Origin: an uncultured virus (IMG/VR IMGVR_UViG_3300046340_000069)
Lineage: Duplodnaviria > Heunggongvirae > Uroviricota > Caudoviricetes
Reading direction: 5' to 3' (one strand)
IMG/VR virus record: IMGVR_UViG_3300046340_000069
DNA length: 64,000 nucleotides
The notes under the pieces are model-generated. The model made no database searches and was not told where the DNA came from. It worked only from the letters and a program-made list of their open reading frames with translations. Positions within the stretch are counted from its first letter, which is position 1, and each line of letters opens with the position of its first letter. The position numbers and the translations under genes are program-made. This document shows, piece by piece, positions 1 through 9,335 of the stretch.

Positions 1-40
1 ATTGTCAATGTAGTACACAATTCCAAAATTTTAACAAATA

Positions 41-328
41 ATGAAAAAAATATTAATAACTAATGGATATGGTGCTGGCTGGAGTACATGGAACCCAGCC
101 AACCAAGAATGTCTTACTGACCCAACTATTATTGCTATGGTTGAAGCCAATACTTCATCAACAGATATTGAAAATAAAGCTAAAGAAATGTGGGCAGATG
201 GTTATTGGGGCGGCGGTGATAATTTAAAAGTAATAGAAGTAGAGGAAGCAACAGACTTTAGGATAATTGAGCATGACGGGTGGGAAGATATTATGTACAA
301 AACTGATTATAATTGGATTATTTTGTGA
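41..328 (+). CDS. hypothetical phage protein
   Basis: 95-aa ATG ORF, GYGAGWSTWN motif; no function recognised. Confidence 0.7.
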   Translation: MKKILITNGYGAGWSTWNPANQECLTDPTIIAMVEANTSSTDIENKAKEMWADGYWGGGDNLKVIEVEEATDFRIIEHDGWEDIMYKTDYNWIIL

Positions 329-403
329 TGACAAGAATATTAAAATTTGTAATAATAGAAATGTGTGTTAAAATAATAATATAAACCTATCTTAATTTAA
401 TTA

Positions 404-535
404 ATGTTTAGTACTGCAATTGGCATTTGTCTACTTTTGGTTATGTTTTGTGGTACCATAGCACTTTTGGAGATATTGTTAATTAATATTTTGGATTTTT
501 TTGAATATATTGTAGAATATTGGCACAGAAAATAA
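404..535 (+). CDS. small hydrophobic membrane protein (43 aa)
   Basis: Manual translation MFSTAIGICLLLVMFCGTIALLEILLINILDFFEYIVEYWHRK; follows TGTGTTAAAAT extended -10-like motif. Confidence 0.45.
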   Translation: MFSTAIGICLLLVMFCGTIALLEILLINILDFFEYIVEYWHRK

Positions 536-618
536 CAACATTATTTGCCTCACCTAAGGTGAGGCATTCTAGTCACCTCTCAGAGTATATTTGTAAATTA
601 ATCCCACAATCGAAAAAA

Positions 619-1572
619 ATGGAAGAGTATTTGTTTGTAGAGAAATATGCACCCAGAACTGTAGATCAGTGCATTTTACCATCAGAAATCAAGAAAGTAT
701 TTATAGAATATAGAAATACTGGCAATATTCCTAATTTGATCCTTACATCTCCGCCAGGTGTTGGCAAAACTTCGAGTATTAAGGCATTAGTAAGAGATTT
801 AGGAATGGATCTATTGTTCGTGAATGGGAGTAATGAGGGACGTTATCTAGATACTATCAGAGATAAGGTTGTGCAATTTTGTTCGTCTGTATCGATGCTG
901 AATGACTCACCAAAAAAGAAAGTTGTTATTTTGGATGAGTTTGACAATACATTAGATAACGTACAGTTATGTTTAAGAGGGGTAATTGAAGAATTTCAAT
1001 CTAATGTTATTTTTGTATTTACGGCAAATAATTATAATAAAATTCTCCCAGCCATCATTTCAAGATGTAGTACTATTGAGTATGTGATACCAAAAGAAGA
1101 AAAGAAGCAAATGATGATCGAGGTTTATAAGCGATTAGAATTTGTTCTCAATGAAGAAAATATTTCTTTTGAAAAACCTGTGTTAATCTCACTAGTAAAG
1201 AATTTATTTCCTGATATTCGCAAAATATTTAATGAAGTACAAAGGCATTCTGTAGGTGGGGTGTTAGATGGTTCTGCTTTCATTATAACTACTAATGATA
1301 AAATAACTCAATTAGTTGAATTGATGAGAAATAAAAAATTTGAGCAGATCCGCATTTGGGTATCTACTCACAACAATCATCTCACTAACTCTTATCGTTT
1401 ACTATATGATGCGTTAAGATTGGTTTTAGAGGATGCTGGGATTGCTCAATGTATTTTGATCATAGCTGATTATCAACATAAAGCAAATTTTGCTGTCGAT
1501 CAAGAAATCAACTATCTTGCTATGATCGTGTCGATAGCCTATGATCCCGATGTCAGGTGGTTAAACAAGTAA
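619..1572 (+). CDS. 44: sliding clamp loader large subunit (T4 gp44, AAA+)
   Basis: LFVEKYAP, Walker A SPPGVGKT, Walker B ILDEFD, SRC motif; start moved to ATG 619. Confidence 0.95.
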   Translation: MEEYLFVEKYAPRTVDQCILPSEIKKVFIEYRNTGNIPNLILTSPPGVGKTSSIKALVRDLGMDLLFVNGSNEGRYLDTIRDKVVQFCSSVSMLNDSPKKKVVILDEFDNTLDNVQLCLRGVIEEFQSNVIFVFTANNYNKILPAIISRCSTIEYVIPKEEKKQMMIEVYKRLEFVLNEENISFEKPVLISLVKNLFPDIRKIFNEVQRHSVGGVLDGSAFIITTNDKITQLVELMRNKKFEQIRIWVSTHNNHLTNSYRLLYDALRLVLEDAGIAQCILIIADYQHKANFAVDQEINYLAMIVSIAYDPDVRWLNK

Positions 1573-1592
1573 AATTTATTTATTATTTTTTA

Positions 1593-1618
1593 TATCCCTA
1601 ATGATAGGGATATTTTTA
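1593..1618 (+). terminator. hairpin terminator
   Basis: tatccct-aatgat-agggata followed by T run. Confidence 0.55.
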
Positions 1619-1733
1619 TATATGTTAATTTATTGATATATATGTGCCCTACTTTAATTAAAGTAGGAATTTTTTTTAGATAAACGAATAAAACCCTGCT
1701 AAATACTTATGTAATGCAACGTAAGTATGATAA

Positions 1734-2252
1734 ATGGTAGATTTCAGTAAGTTTGACTGGGTGAGTATTTTTAATGTAGTGGCATCTACTGCAAAAATGA
1801 CTAATAATCAGCGCAGATGTTTAAGAACCGAGATCATAGAATTAGCATTATCAAAGCATTCTGGTGGGCAACTCAAATATGTGGGCGACTCAATGAATGG
1901 ATGTGACTTTATTGATAATGATAATATTCGCTACGAGTGTAAATCCAGACAAAAGATGTTTTCTAAATCCAGAAATGGTTGTACTAAAGAAATAATACTA
2001 AAGAACTTTTACAGAAAATCGGAACCCATATCTCACCAAACATTCGATCATATGATTATGATGGATTCTACAGAAAATTCTATTGGAGTAGTTGATTATG
2101 AAACAGCCATCAAATACAGTAATATTACCGATAGTATTATAACTACCAAGATAGCATTGAATGAAATTAACTATGTGACAGAAAAAGTTGTTACTAATAA
2201 TGTCATTGATTTTGAGCAAACCTTGAATACATTAATATTTGCCTCTATTTGA
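1734..2252 (+). CDS. putative PD-(D/E)xK nuclease-like protein
   Basis: E...GCDF...YECK arrangement; lies between genes 44 and 62. Confidence 0.5.
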   Translation: MVDFSKFDWVSIFNVVASTAKMTNNQRRCLRTEIIELALSKHSGGQLKYVGDSMNGCDFIDNDNIRYECKSRQKMFSKSRNGCTKEIILKNFYRKSEPISHQTFDHMIMMDSTENSIGVVDYETAIKYSNITDSIITTKIALNEINYVTEKVVTNNVIDFEQTLNTLIFASI

Positions 2253-2277
2253 CAATTTAATATAAATCTATTATAAT
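2249..2277 (+). promoter_or_regulatory. sigma70-type promoter
   Basis: TTGACA-17 bp-TATAAT. Confidence 0.8.
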
Positions 2278-2305
2278 AGTATATGACTGACTCGAAATAA
2301 ATAAA

Positions 2306-2689
2306 ATGGCACATTCTCTTACCGATTTGCTGAAGGATATAAATGTAAATAAGAAAAATATTATCAGGAATAGCGAAGATAAAAAATATCCATTATATTC
2401 AGTGTTAAAATGCTTGAACGGGATAGATACACTATTATTAGTTAATGAATTAAATCTACGAACTGGGATAGAACCAGCAGTAGCATATGATTATCTAATA
2501 AGTATTATCCCAAGAAAGACTAGATACAATAAGTGGATAAAAACTCAAACTAATCCTGATATTGATTTGATTATGGAATTTTACTCTTACAGCAGAGATA
2601 AGGCGGTCATCTCATTAGAACTTTTAACCCCACAGCAACTTACGGAAATTAGAAATTGTTATGACATCAGCAGTAGCAGAAAAAAATAG
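2306..2689 (+). CDS. 62: clamp loader small subunit (T4 gp62)
   Basis: Size, position between 44 and regA, RKTRYNKWIK and FYSYSRDKA motifs. Confidence 0.85.
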   Translation: MAHSLTDLLKDINVNKKNIIRNSEDKKYPLYSVLKCLNGIDTLLLVNELNLRTGIEPAVAYDYLISIIPRKTRYNKWIKTQTNPDIDLIMEFYSYSRDKAVISLELLTPQQLTEIRNCYDISSSRKK

Positions 2690-3134
2690 TTCCGACCAAT
2701 CTACAGAAATCATCCCTCCATATACTCGACCATCTATTGTAGATTGGTCGGAAGAAATGATGGTAGAGATTACTTTACCAAAAACCTCTAATTATAAAAA
2801 GGTCTACGAGATTCTTACTAGAATTGGCGTGGTATCTAAAGACCAAAAAACACTTTATCAGAGTTGCCATATTCTCAAAATGGATGACAAACTTTGGTTA
2901 GTACACTTTAAAGAATTGTTTGCTTTGCGCGGTAATGGTTCTACCTTTTCCACTGAAGATCTTCGCCGCCGTCAATCTATTATTGCATTATTGACGCAAT
3001 GGAATTATATTACTCCTGTAGTTATGCGTCCAGAATATTCAGAGAAGGTTGATACACGGGGGATCGTGGTTTTACCAACTTCACAAAAAGTTAATTGGTC
3101 GTTAGAGACAAAATATAGTTTACTACAAAATTAA
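2661..3134 (+). CDS. regA: translational repressor RegA
   Basis: EILTRIGV, LYQSCHIL, VHFKELFAL motifs. Confidence 0.95.
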   Translation: MTSAVAEKNSSDQSTEIIPPYTRPSIVDWSEEMMVEITLPKTSNYKKVYEILTRIGVVSKDQKTLYQSCHILKMDDKLWLVHFKELFALRGNGSTFSTEDLRRRQSIIALLTQWNYITPVVMRPEYSEKVDTRGIVVLPTSQKVNWSLETKYSLLQN

Positions 3135-3136
3135 AT

Positions 3137-3152
3137 TTATTAAATTTAATAA
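3137..3152. repeat. 16-bp palindrome TTATTAAATTTAATAA (representative copy of a dispersed family)
   Basis: Exact copies at 3137, 9930, 18290, 23019, 27594, 33138, 43947, 48941, 52751, 58635; about 10 near copies. Confidence 0.9.
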
Positions 3153-3185
3153 TCACTTTCTAACTTGTATGGGGAGTGATTATTA

Positions 3186-3265
3186 ATATGTGCTGAGAGT
3201 GCCCCAAAATGCTCTATAACGCACGGAATTCATAAATATGATTACTAGTATATAATCATAATAAA
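3186..3265 (+). repeat. dispersed ~75-bp repeat copy
   Basis: gctgagagtg...aatgctctataacgcacg...cataaatatgattactagta; runs into ATG 3268. Confidence 0.85.
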
Positions 3266-3267
3266 CT

Positions 3268-3957
3268 ATGCTTTTAGAGGAATATATTCAGACGTTGAGA
3301 TATCATTCTGTACTGAATCCTAAGTTATTCACGAATAACAAATTGAAATCACAAATTAGGGATAAGTTGATTCAGATAGCTAATTTATTTGCAATAGATT
3401 GTAATATATCACAAAAACAGATAATAGACTATTATCTGGTTGGTGCTAATGCCCACTATAATTATACAGAATTGTCTGATATAGATGTACATATAATTAT
3501 TGATTTTAGAACAATCAATGGTGGCGATATCGATCTTGCAGATTACTATAAAGATAAGAAAGAATTATTTACAGATAATCACACTATTACTATAGAAGGG
3601 TATCCAGTTGAGTTATATGTACAGGATGTTTCCCAACTATCACCAAAAGGACAGGGGATTTATTCATTAACTCAAAATAAATTTTTAATTAAACCACAAC
3701 AGGTAGAGATTGATTATAATGATCCTAAACTAATTTCTAAAATAGAATCGTATATTAAGAAGATTGATAATACAGACAGTATAGAAGAAATGCGAAAATT
3801 AAAAACTAAATTAAAGAATATGAGAACAATTGGATTGACGAGAGTAGGGGAATTTTCTATTGAAAATTTGACAGTAAAATCTCTTAGAAATTTGGGGTAT
3901 ATTGAAAAATTACAAGATAAATATAAATCTTTACTAGATAAAGCTTTATCGATTTGA
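3268..3957 (+). CDS. Pol-beta superfamily nucleotidyltransferase
   Basis: G-A-x9-D-I-D motif (GANAHYNYTELSDID) and downstream PVELY. Confidence 0.8.
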   Translation: MLLEEYIQTLRYHSVLNPKLFTNNKLKSQIRDKLIQIANLFAIDCNISQKQIIDYYLVGANAHYNYTELSDIDVHIIIDFRTINGGDIDLADYYKDKKELFTDNHTITIEGYPVELYVQDVSQLSPKGQGIYSLTQNKFLIKPQQVEIDYNDPKLISKIESYIKKIDNTDSIEEMRKLKTKLKNMRTIGLTRVGEFSIENLTVKSLRNLGYIEKLQDKYKSLLDKALSI

Positions 3958-4009
3958 CATTTAATCAAATTAATGTTAAACTAAAACTAGTTGATTAACT
4001 TTAACAGTA

Positions 4010-4369
4010 ATGAAAAAAAGTCAAGAACACTATAATTTAGATCCTAAAGGGTATGGAAAATTTTTATCAGAAGTAGTAGAAGAATGTCATGGTTGGTTGA
4101 GTAATGTTTCTTGGGATTATATGCAGGAATGGGAGCAATTAGAATTGATAACTATTGCTACCGAGTTTATCGATTTGATGATTCGTCATATTGTAGAAAA
4201 TTTAGAATTTTCTAATGAAGAACTTGGGTATACTCTTTATGAGATTACTTATCCATATTGGTTCGATCAATATGGAGATATAGAATATGTGTGGGAAGGA
4301 TACGAAGATTGGCAAAAAGAATCATTTACATCACTAGCACAAGAATTAATGGTACTAATATCATGCTAA
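4010..4369 (+). CDS. hypothetical acidic protein
   Basis: ATG ORF behind TTGACA-17-TAAACT promoter (3954-3982). Confidence 0.7.
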   Translation: MKKSQEHYNLDPKGYGKFLSEVVEECHGWLSNVSWDYMQEWEQLELITIATEFIDLMIRHIVENLEFSNEELGYTLYEITYPYWFDQYGDIEYVWEGYEDWQKESFTSLAQELMVLISC

Positions 4370-4695
4370 AAGTCATAGAATTAATTACCCGTCGATTGCT
4401 AATCGGAGAAGTGAGTATACTGGAAGATGAACCAGCATTGATTATTCAGAATAGCTATTGTGTGGATTATGGTATGGAACTAATAAAGTATCCCTTCCAT
4501 TCAGATGAGAATAATACAATATTAAATTCTGCAAATATACTCACTATATATACACCCAATGATGAGTTGACTGAATTGTATTTAAAGCATCCACAATATC
4601 CTGATATTTTAGCAGATGAGCAAGACGAAGATGCAACTGCTATATTGAATACATTGTATGTGGATGATGTGGAAGTAGGGGTAGAAGATTATTAA
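4363..4695 (+). CDS. hypothetical protein (cyanophage Sm-like fold candidate)
   Basis: Likely start MLKVIEL overlapping upstream stop; beta-rich N-terminus, acidic tail. Confidence 0.6.
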   Translation: MLKVIELITRRLLIGEVSILEDEPALIIQNSYCVDYGMELIKYPFHSDENNTILNSANILTIYTPNDELTELYLKHPQYPDILADEQDEDATAILNTLYVDDVEVGVEDY

Positions 4696-4896
4696 GAATA
4701 CTAGTCCAAAAAATTCAAATTCTATAAAAAATGTTCCTAAAAATTGTTGTTTTTATTGTGGAATTCAATTTGGAAACTTTAGTCCATCCTCAGATAAAAA
4801 AATGCTCGTAACTAATGGTGATGAAATAATTGGTTGGATGTGTGGTGCTGGTTGTGGTACGAATGATGATTTGTGTGATGATAATAATGAATTGAT

Positions 4897-4925
4897 TTGA
4901 CAATAACAATTAATAGTATTATAAT
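4897..4925 (+). promoter_or_regulatory. sigma70-type promoter
   Basis: TTGACA-17 bp-TATAAT. Confidence 0.8.
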
Positions 4926-4940
4926 TATAATTATAATTAT

Positions 4941-5244
4941 CGGAGATTTGGGTAAAAACCCCGTCCTGAAGGACGGCTTTCTCCTAATTACTCCTTGACT
5001 TTCTATATTTTCTCCGCTATAATATATACATAGAATAAACTAAACAAAAACCAAGTTTACAATATTCTATATCAATCAAAATGGAAAAAAGTCGGCATCG
5101 GTCATGGGCACGACTATAAATGTGCGGTGAGAGCAGGTAAGACTAAATAGTAACCCCGTAAGGGGTAATTAGATAGCAATTGTTCTGAGAAACGCAAAGG
5201 AATCCCTGAGCGAAGCGATGCTTTAGCACAGGGAGGTATGTCAA
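4941..5244 (+). mobile_element. non-autonomous IS200/IS605 derivative (left end + omega-RNA/right end, no ORF)
   Basis: First ~90 bp nearly identical to 63522-63612; preceded by TTAT; left-end hairpin aaaccccgtcc-tgaa-ggacggcttt; right-end hairpin ccctg...caggg; ends ...gggaggtatgTCAA. Confidence 0.88.
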
Positions 5245-5264
5245 CTGTTATTTTGTATAAACAA
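5085..5264 (+). ncRNA. putative TnpB omega/reRNA scaffold plus guide (guide ~5245-5264)
   Basis: gggcacg...gtgagagc..gtaagac...gaatccctg...gggag..gtcaa pattern typical of tnpB right ends; internal promoter TTGACT-17-TATAAT at 4995-5023; 5' boundary uncertain. Confidence 0.65.
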
Positions 5265-5447
5265 GTTGATTCCAGTATTAATATTAATAATTTTGTTAAG
5301 ATACCTGCAAAATTAAACAATATTTATGGGAAAATTAGTAAATTCAAGGCTATGTTGGTTAATGATAAAGTAGATCATTATATATTGGATTTTAGCCACA
5401 ATAATACTACTGGTTTACTAACTGAACAATTATTTTTTTCCAGATAA
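5238..5447 (+). CDS. hypothetical protein starting within the IS right end
   Basis: GGGAGGT-ATG lies in the element end; 69 aa. Confidence 0.45.
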   Translation: MSTVILYKQVDSSININNFVKIPAKLNNIYGKISKFKAMLVNDKVDHYILDFSHNNTTGLLTEQLFFSR

Positions 5448-5503
5448 ATCAACTACTAATATACAAAAAATAATTGATGATAATTACTGTGTCGATTTAG
5501 TAT

Positions 5504-5833
5504 TTGATGAATTCAAAACTGTTCAACCCATCCCTTTATTACAGAAAAATTGTGACTAGTTTATTAGAACGTGATCCATCATCAATTAAATGGGTCAAGC
5601 ATACCCTGAAAACAAAAGAATTGGCTGATCCTCGCCCATTAAAATTTAATCCAAAATATCCATCATTTATCACAGGATTTTCTGGAGATTATACTACGGT
5701 AGTGATGTGGTTGCCGGAATCCGAAAATATATTCAAGTATTATGATGACGCTTTCGACATCAAACGAGAATTGTTTGATCGGATTGAATTCACTGACCGA
5801 CTACCACAACCTGATTACTTTATATATTCCTAA
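5504..5833 (+). CDS. hypothetical protein
   Basis: 109-aa ORF directly before uvsX. Confidence 0.65.
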   Translation: MMNSKLFNPSLYYRKIVTSLLERDPSSIKWVKHTLKTKELADPRPLKFNPKYPSFITGFSGDYTTVVMWLPESENIFKYYDDAFDIKRELFDRIEFTDRLPQPDYFIYS

Positions 5834-5836
5834 ATC

Positions 5837-6847
5837 ATGAAAACTACTCAAGACCTTCTCAAATCTATTAACAATAAAGGTGCTGCATTTTTAGGCGATT
5901 CCGTGTATTATGGTGAGCGGGAACTGATTGCTACTGACATTCCAATCATCAATGTTGCATTGTCTGGTTCTTTAGATGGCGGACTTCAAACAGGGTTGAC
6001 TCTTATTGGAGGGGCAAGCAAATCTTATAAGACGGTATTATCGCTGACGTGTGCTAAGGCTTATATGGATAAGTATCCAGAAGCACCTTTATTCTTTTTT
6101 GATGCGGAGCATGGGGCGAGTATGGATTATTTTACATCTGTTGGAATAGATACAACAAGAGTAGTTCATATTCCAGTAGTTAGCGTAGAGGAATTTAAGA
6201 ATCAAGCATATGCACTATTAGATAATATTGAGCGTGGGTATAAGTGTATTATGCTCCTAGATAGTCTTGGTGCATTGGCTAGTAATAAAACTATCGAAGA
6301 TACCACAGCAAATAAGAATACTGCTGATCTTACCAGACCAAAAGCAATCAATTTAGTAGCTAGATTGATTACTCCGCAACTAAACGTGAAAGATATTCCT
6401 ATGATTGTAATTAATCATATTTACGAATCAATGGATCAATACACACCAGCCAAAATGGGGGGGGGCAATGGGATCATATATGCCGCAAATACTGCATTTA
6501 TTATCACCAAAACTAAGATCAAAGATGGTCAAGAACTAGAAGGATTCACTTTCAATCTTAATATTTTTAAGTCAAGATATGTTAAAGAGGGAAAAGTGTT
6601 ATCATTTGATGTATTATATGATAAAGGCATTCAACGTTTATCAGGAATATTAGAGTTAGCAGTAGAATTTGGTGCTATTAAACAGGGAGGTGGTTGGTAT
6701 ACCTATGTGGGTGAAGATGGAGAACCGATTGGTAGTAAAATGAGATCTAGTTCTACAGAACTAGAAACTATTTTAACTGGATTGTTAGAATGTGATAAGT
6801 TTAAAAAATTTGTAGAAAAGAAATATAAGTTAGTTTATGCTGAATAA
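5837..6847 (+). CDS. uvsX: RecA-like recombinase UvsX
   Basis: INVALSGSLDGGL, GASKSYKT, LLDSLGALAS, MGGGNG. Confidence 0.95.
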   Translation: MKTTQDLLKSINNKGAAFLGDSVYYGERELIATDIPIINVALSGSLDGGLQTGLTLIGGASKSYKTVLSLTCAKAYMDKYPEAPLFFFDAEHGASMDYFTSVGIDTTRVVHIPVVSVEEFKNQAYALLDNIERGYKCIMLLDSLGALASNKTIEDTTANKNTADLTRPKAINLVARLITPQLNVKDIPMIVINHIYESMDQYTPAKMGGGNGIIYAANTAFIITKTKIKDGQELEGFTFNLNIFKSRYVKEGKVLSFDVLYDKGIQRLSGILELAVEFGAIKQGGGWYTYVGEDGEPIGSKMRSSSTELETILTGLLECDKFKKFVEKKYKLVYAE

Positions 6848-6904
6848 AACTAACAATATTGAATAGTTTGTGTTATAATTATTGAAAGTCAATATATTGA
6901 AATT

Positions 6905-9289
6905 ATGGATTTGGAACTTTTAATTTTGTCTGCATTGGTGTTTGACCGAGTATATACTAGTAAAGTCATTACCTTTTTAAAACAGGAATACTTTACTAGT
7001 CCTGGCACTAAAAATATTTTTATTATGATTAATACTCATTTTGAAAAATATAGTAGTTGTCCAACCATAGAAGTGTTGGCTATAGAAGCATTGAATATAA
7101 CAAATATCACTGCCCCACTAGCTAAAGATATTGAATCCAATCTAAACAAATTGTGCAAGACGGAATATAGTTTAGATTGGTTAACTGATGCTACCGAAAA
7201 ATTTTGTAAGGAGCGTGCAGTTTACTTGGCAATTGTAGAATCAATTGAGATTCAAGATGGGACTAACCCCAATAAACCCGTAGATGCAATCCCTGATATT
7301 TTATCAAAGGCATTAGCAGTATCATTTTCCACTGATGTTGGTGTTCAATACCTGACTTCCGCAGAAGAACGATATGACTATTACAATACCGTCGATACTG
7401 ATAAAATACCATTTGGTCTGAAACACCTAGACAATATAACTAATAACGGATTAGCCAGAAAAACATTAAATCTGATCGTTGCCTCAGCTTCGACTGGCAA
7501 AATGCAACCAGTCTCAGAACCAGTTCTAACCCCTCTAGGATGGTCTACTATGGGTGCTATTCGTCCTGGTGACTATGTGATTGGTTCTGCTGGTCTTCCT
7601 ATCAAAGTATTAGCTATTCATCCTCAAGGAGTACAGGATGTATATACAGTAAAGACTATGGATGGGGTAGATATACGTTGTGGTAAAGACCATCTATGGT
7701 CTGTACATACAAATGGTAGTAAAAATTTAGTTACTAAAACTACACAAGAACTGATTGATAGTGGATTATACAATAATATTCAAAAAAGAACTGGAAAATA
7801 TACTAAATCTTACAAATATGCTTTGCCTACATTTGTGGGAATACAGGGTGGGAAAAATATTATTTATGCTTATGCACTAGGATATTTTATTTTAGGTGGT
7901 CGATTTGTTTCAGATACCGTAAGAGTAGTGTGTTATAAACAATACCAACAGAAACTACAGGAATTATTAGAAACTGTATTAGGAACACCTGCACCTATAA
8001 CAATTTCAGGTAATATGTTTTATTCCCTGACAGATATACATACAAAATTAAGACAATATACTAACTGGAACGCTTATCAACTTGGTAATAAACATTTGCC
8101 AATAACAACAATTAACTGGCAGAATTGGGATTATAATTCTAGGTTAGAACTGCTAAGCGGTATCCTAGATTCTAATTTTATGAAATATAATAAATTTTCA
8201 TGTGATTCTAAAGACATTTTGATTTTAGTACAAAATTTAATTCGATCTCTTGGTGGAGTTTGTCAGCCGATAGTATTATCTAAAAATGCTGGGTATTATA
8301 GTAGTGGATTTCATGCCAGTATTAAATTTGTTATGCCAGTATGTCCATATAAACTTCACACAGCATGGAATCCTTGTAATAGTAAGTTTAGAACTAATAT
8401 TACATCCATCACTAAGGAAGATTATCAGGAAGAGCAAGTTTGTATTACAGTTGATGCAGAGGATCATTTATACGTGACTACTGGGTTTAAATTGACTCAT
8501 AATAGTATCATGTTGTGTCATCATGCAGCTAAGTGTTTAGAGCAAGGTAAAAATGTACTATTTGTCACATTAGAGATGAGTGCCGAAGCTATTAGCCAAA
8601 GAATCGATGCAAATTTAATGCAGGTGAATATTAATACATTATATAGTGGAACTAAAGACGCATATCTTAATAAATTTAACAAAATAAAACAAAAAACATT
8701 AGGACAATTGTATATAAAAGAATATCCAATTTCTACTGCTCATGCGGGAAATTTTAATGCGTTGATTGATGAATTAGCAATTAAGAAAAGCTTTCATCCT
8801 GATATAATCATTATTGATTATCTTAATATTTGTGCGTCCTCTACAAATAGTAGTAATAGTAATTCGTACGAAAGAGTAAAGTGTATAGCAGAACAATTGC
8901 GTTCATTAGCACAGAAAAGAAATCTTCCTGTACTCAGCGCAATTCAATTAAATCGTTCAGGTAGTGGCAATACCTCACCAGATATGGCAGATATTGCTGA
9001 TTCGTATGCGTTGGCTATGGTGGCTGATTTTATTTTAGCATTGGTGACTAATGAATCATTAGCAGAACTGGAACAGATACTATGTTGCCAAATTAAAAAT
9101 AGATATGCAGATGTGGGTAAACCTAAAAAATTTATATTAGGATTAGATAAACCAAAAATGACATTTTATGATGTGAATGTTGAATATAATGATTCTGGAG
9201 ATAAATCAGAATTTATAGATGTAGAAGGTAGAGAAGTAGTAATCAGTCTCAATAAAAATAAAAAACAAGTAAGTAGATATATTGAGTAA
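6905..9289 (+). CDS. 41: replicative helicase (T4 gp41) containing an intein
   Basis: TEKFCKERAVY, Walker A ...TGK/S, VTLEMS, IIDYLNIC, QLNRSG. Confidence 0.95.
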   Translation: MDLELLILSALVFDRVYTSKVITFLKQEYFTSPGTKNIFIMINTHFEKYSSCPTIEVLAIEALNITNITAPLAKDIESNLNKLCKTEYSLDWLTDATEKFCKERAVYLAIVESIEIQDGTNPNKPVDAIPDILSKALAVSFSTDVGVQYLTSAEERYDYYNTVDTDKIPFGLKHLDNITNNGLARKTLNLIVASASTGKMQPVSEPVLTPLGWSTMGAIRPGDYVIGSAGLPIKVLAIHPQGVQDVYTVKTMDGVDIRCGKDHLWSVHTNGSKNLVTKTTQELIDSGLYNNIQKRTGKYTKSYKYALPTFVGIQGGKNIIYAYALGYFILGGRFVSDTVRVVCYKQYQQKLQELLETVLGTPAPITISGNMFYSLTDIHTKLRQYTNWNAYQLGNKHLPITTINWQNWDYNSRLELLSGILDSNFMKYNKFSCDSKDILILVQNLIRSLGGVCQPIVLSKNAGYYSSGFHASIKFVMPVCPYKLHTAWNPCNSKFRTNITSITKEDYQEEQVCITVDAEDHLYVTTGFKLTHNSIMLCHHAAKCLEQGKNVLFVTLEMSAEAISQRIDANLMQVNINTLYSGTKDAYLNKFNKIKQKTLGQLYIKEYPISTAHAGNFNALIDELAIKKSFHPDIIIIDYLNICASSTNSSNSNSYERVKCIAEQLRSLAQKRNLPVLSAIQLNRSGSGNTSPDMADIADSYALAMVADFILALVTNESLAELEQILCCQIKNRYADVGKPKKFILGLDKPKMTFYDVNVEYNDSGDKSEFIDVEGREVVISLNKNKKQVSRYIE
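7502..8503 (+). mobile_element. class 3 intein (334 aa, Met1) in the gp41 P-loop, degenerate LAGLIDADG domain
   Basis: GK/MQPVSEPVLTPLGW...HLW...VCITVD...LTHN/S; LLSGILDS. Confidence 0.9.
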
Positions 9290-9335
9290 ACTATGTTAAC
9301 ATATTGATATCGAGATCACTCACTAATTAAATACT

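Noticed and set aside
4685..4900. Cys-rich open frame (CCFYC...CGAGC) downstream of 4363-4695
   Set aside because: No ATG/GTG/TTG before the first Cys cluster, so it cannot be supported as a gene. It may be a relic or use an ATT start.
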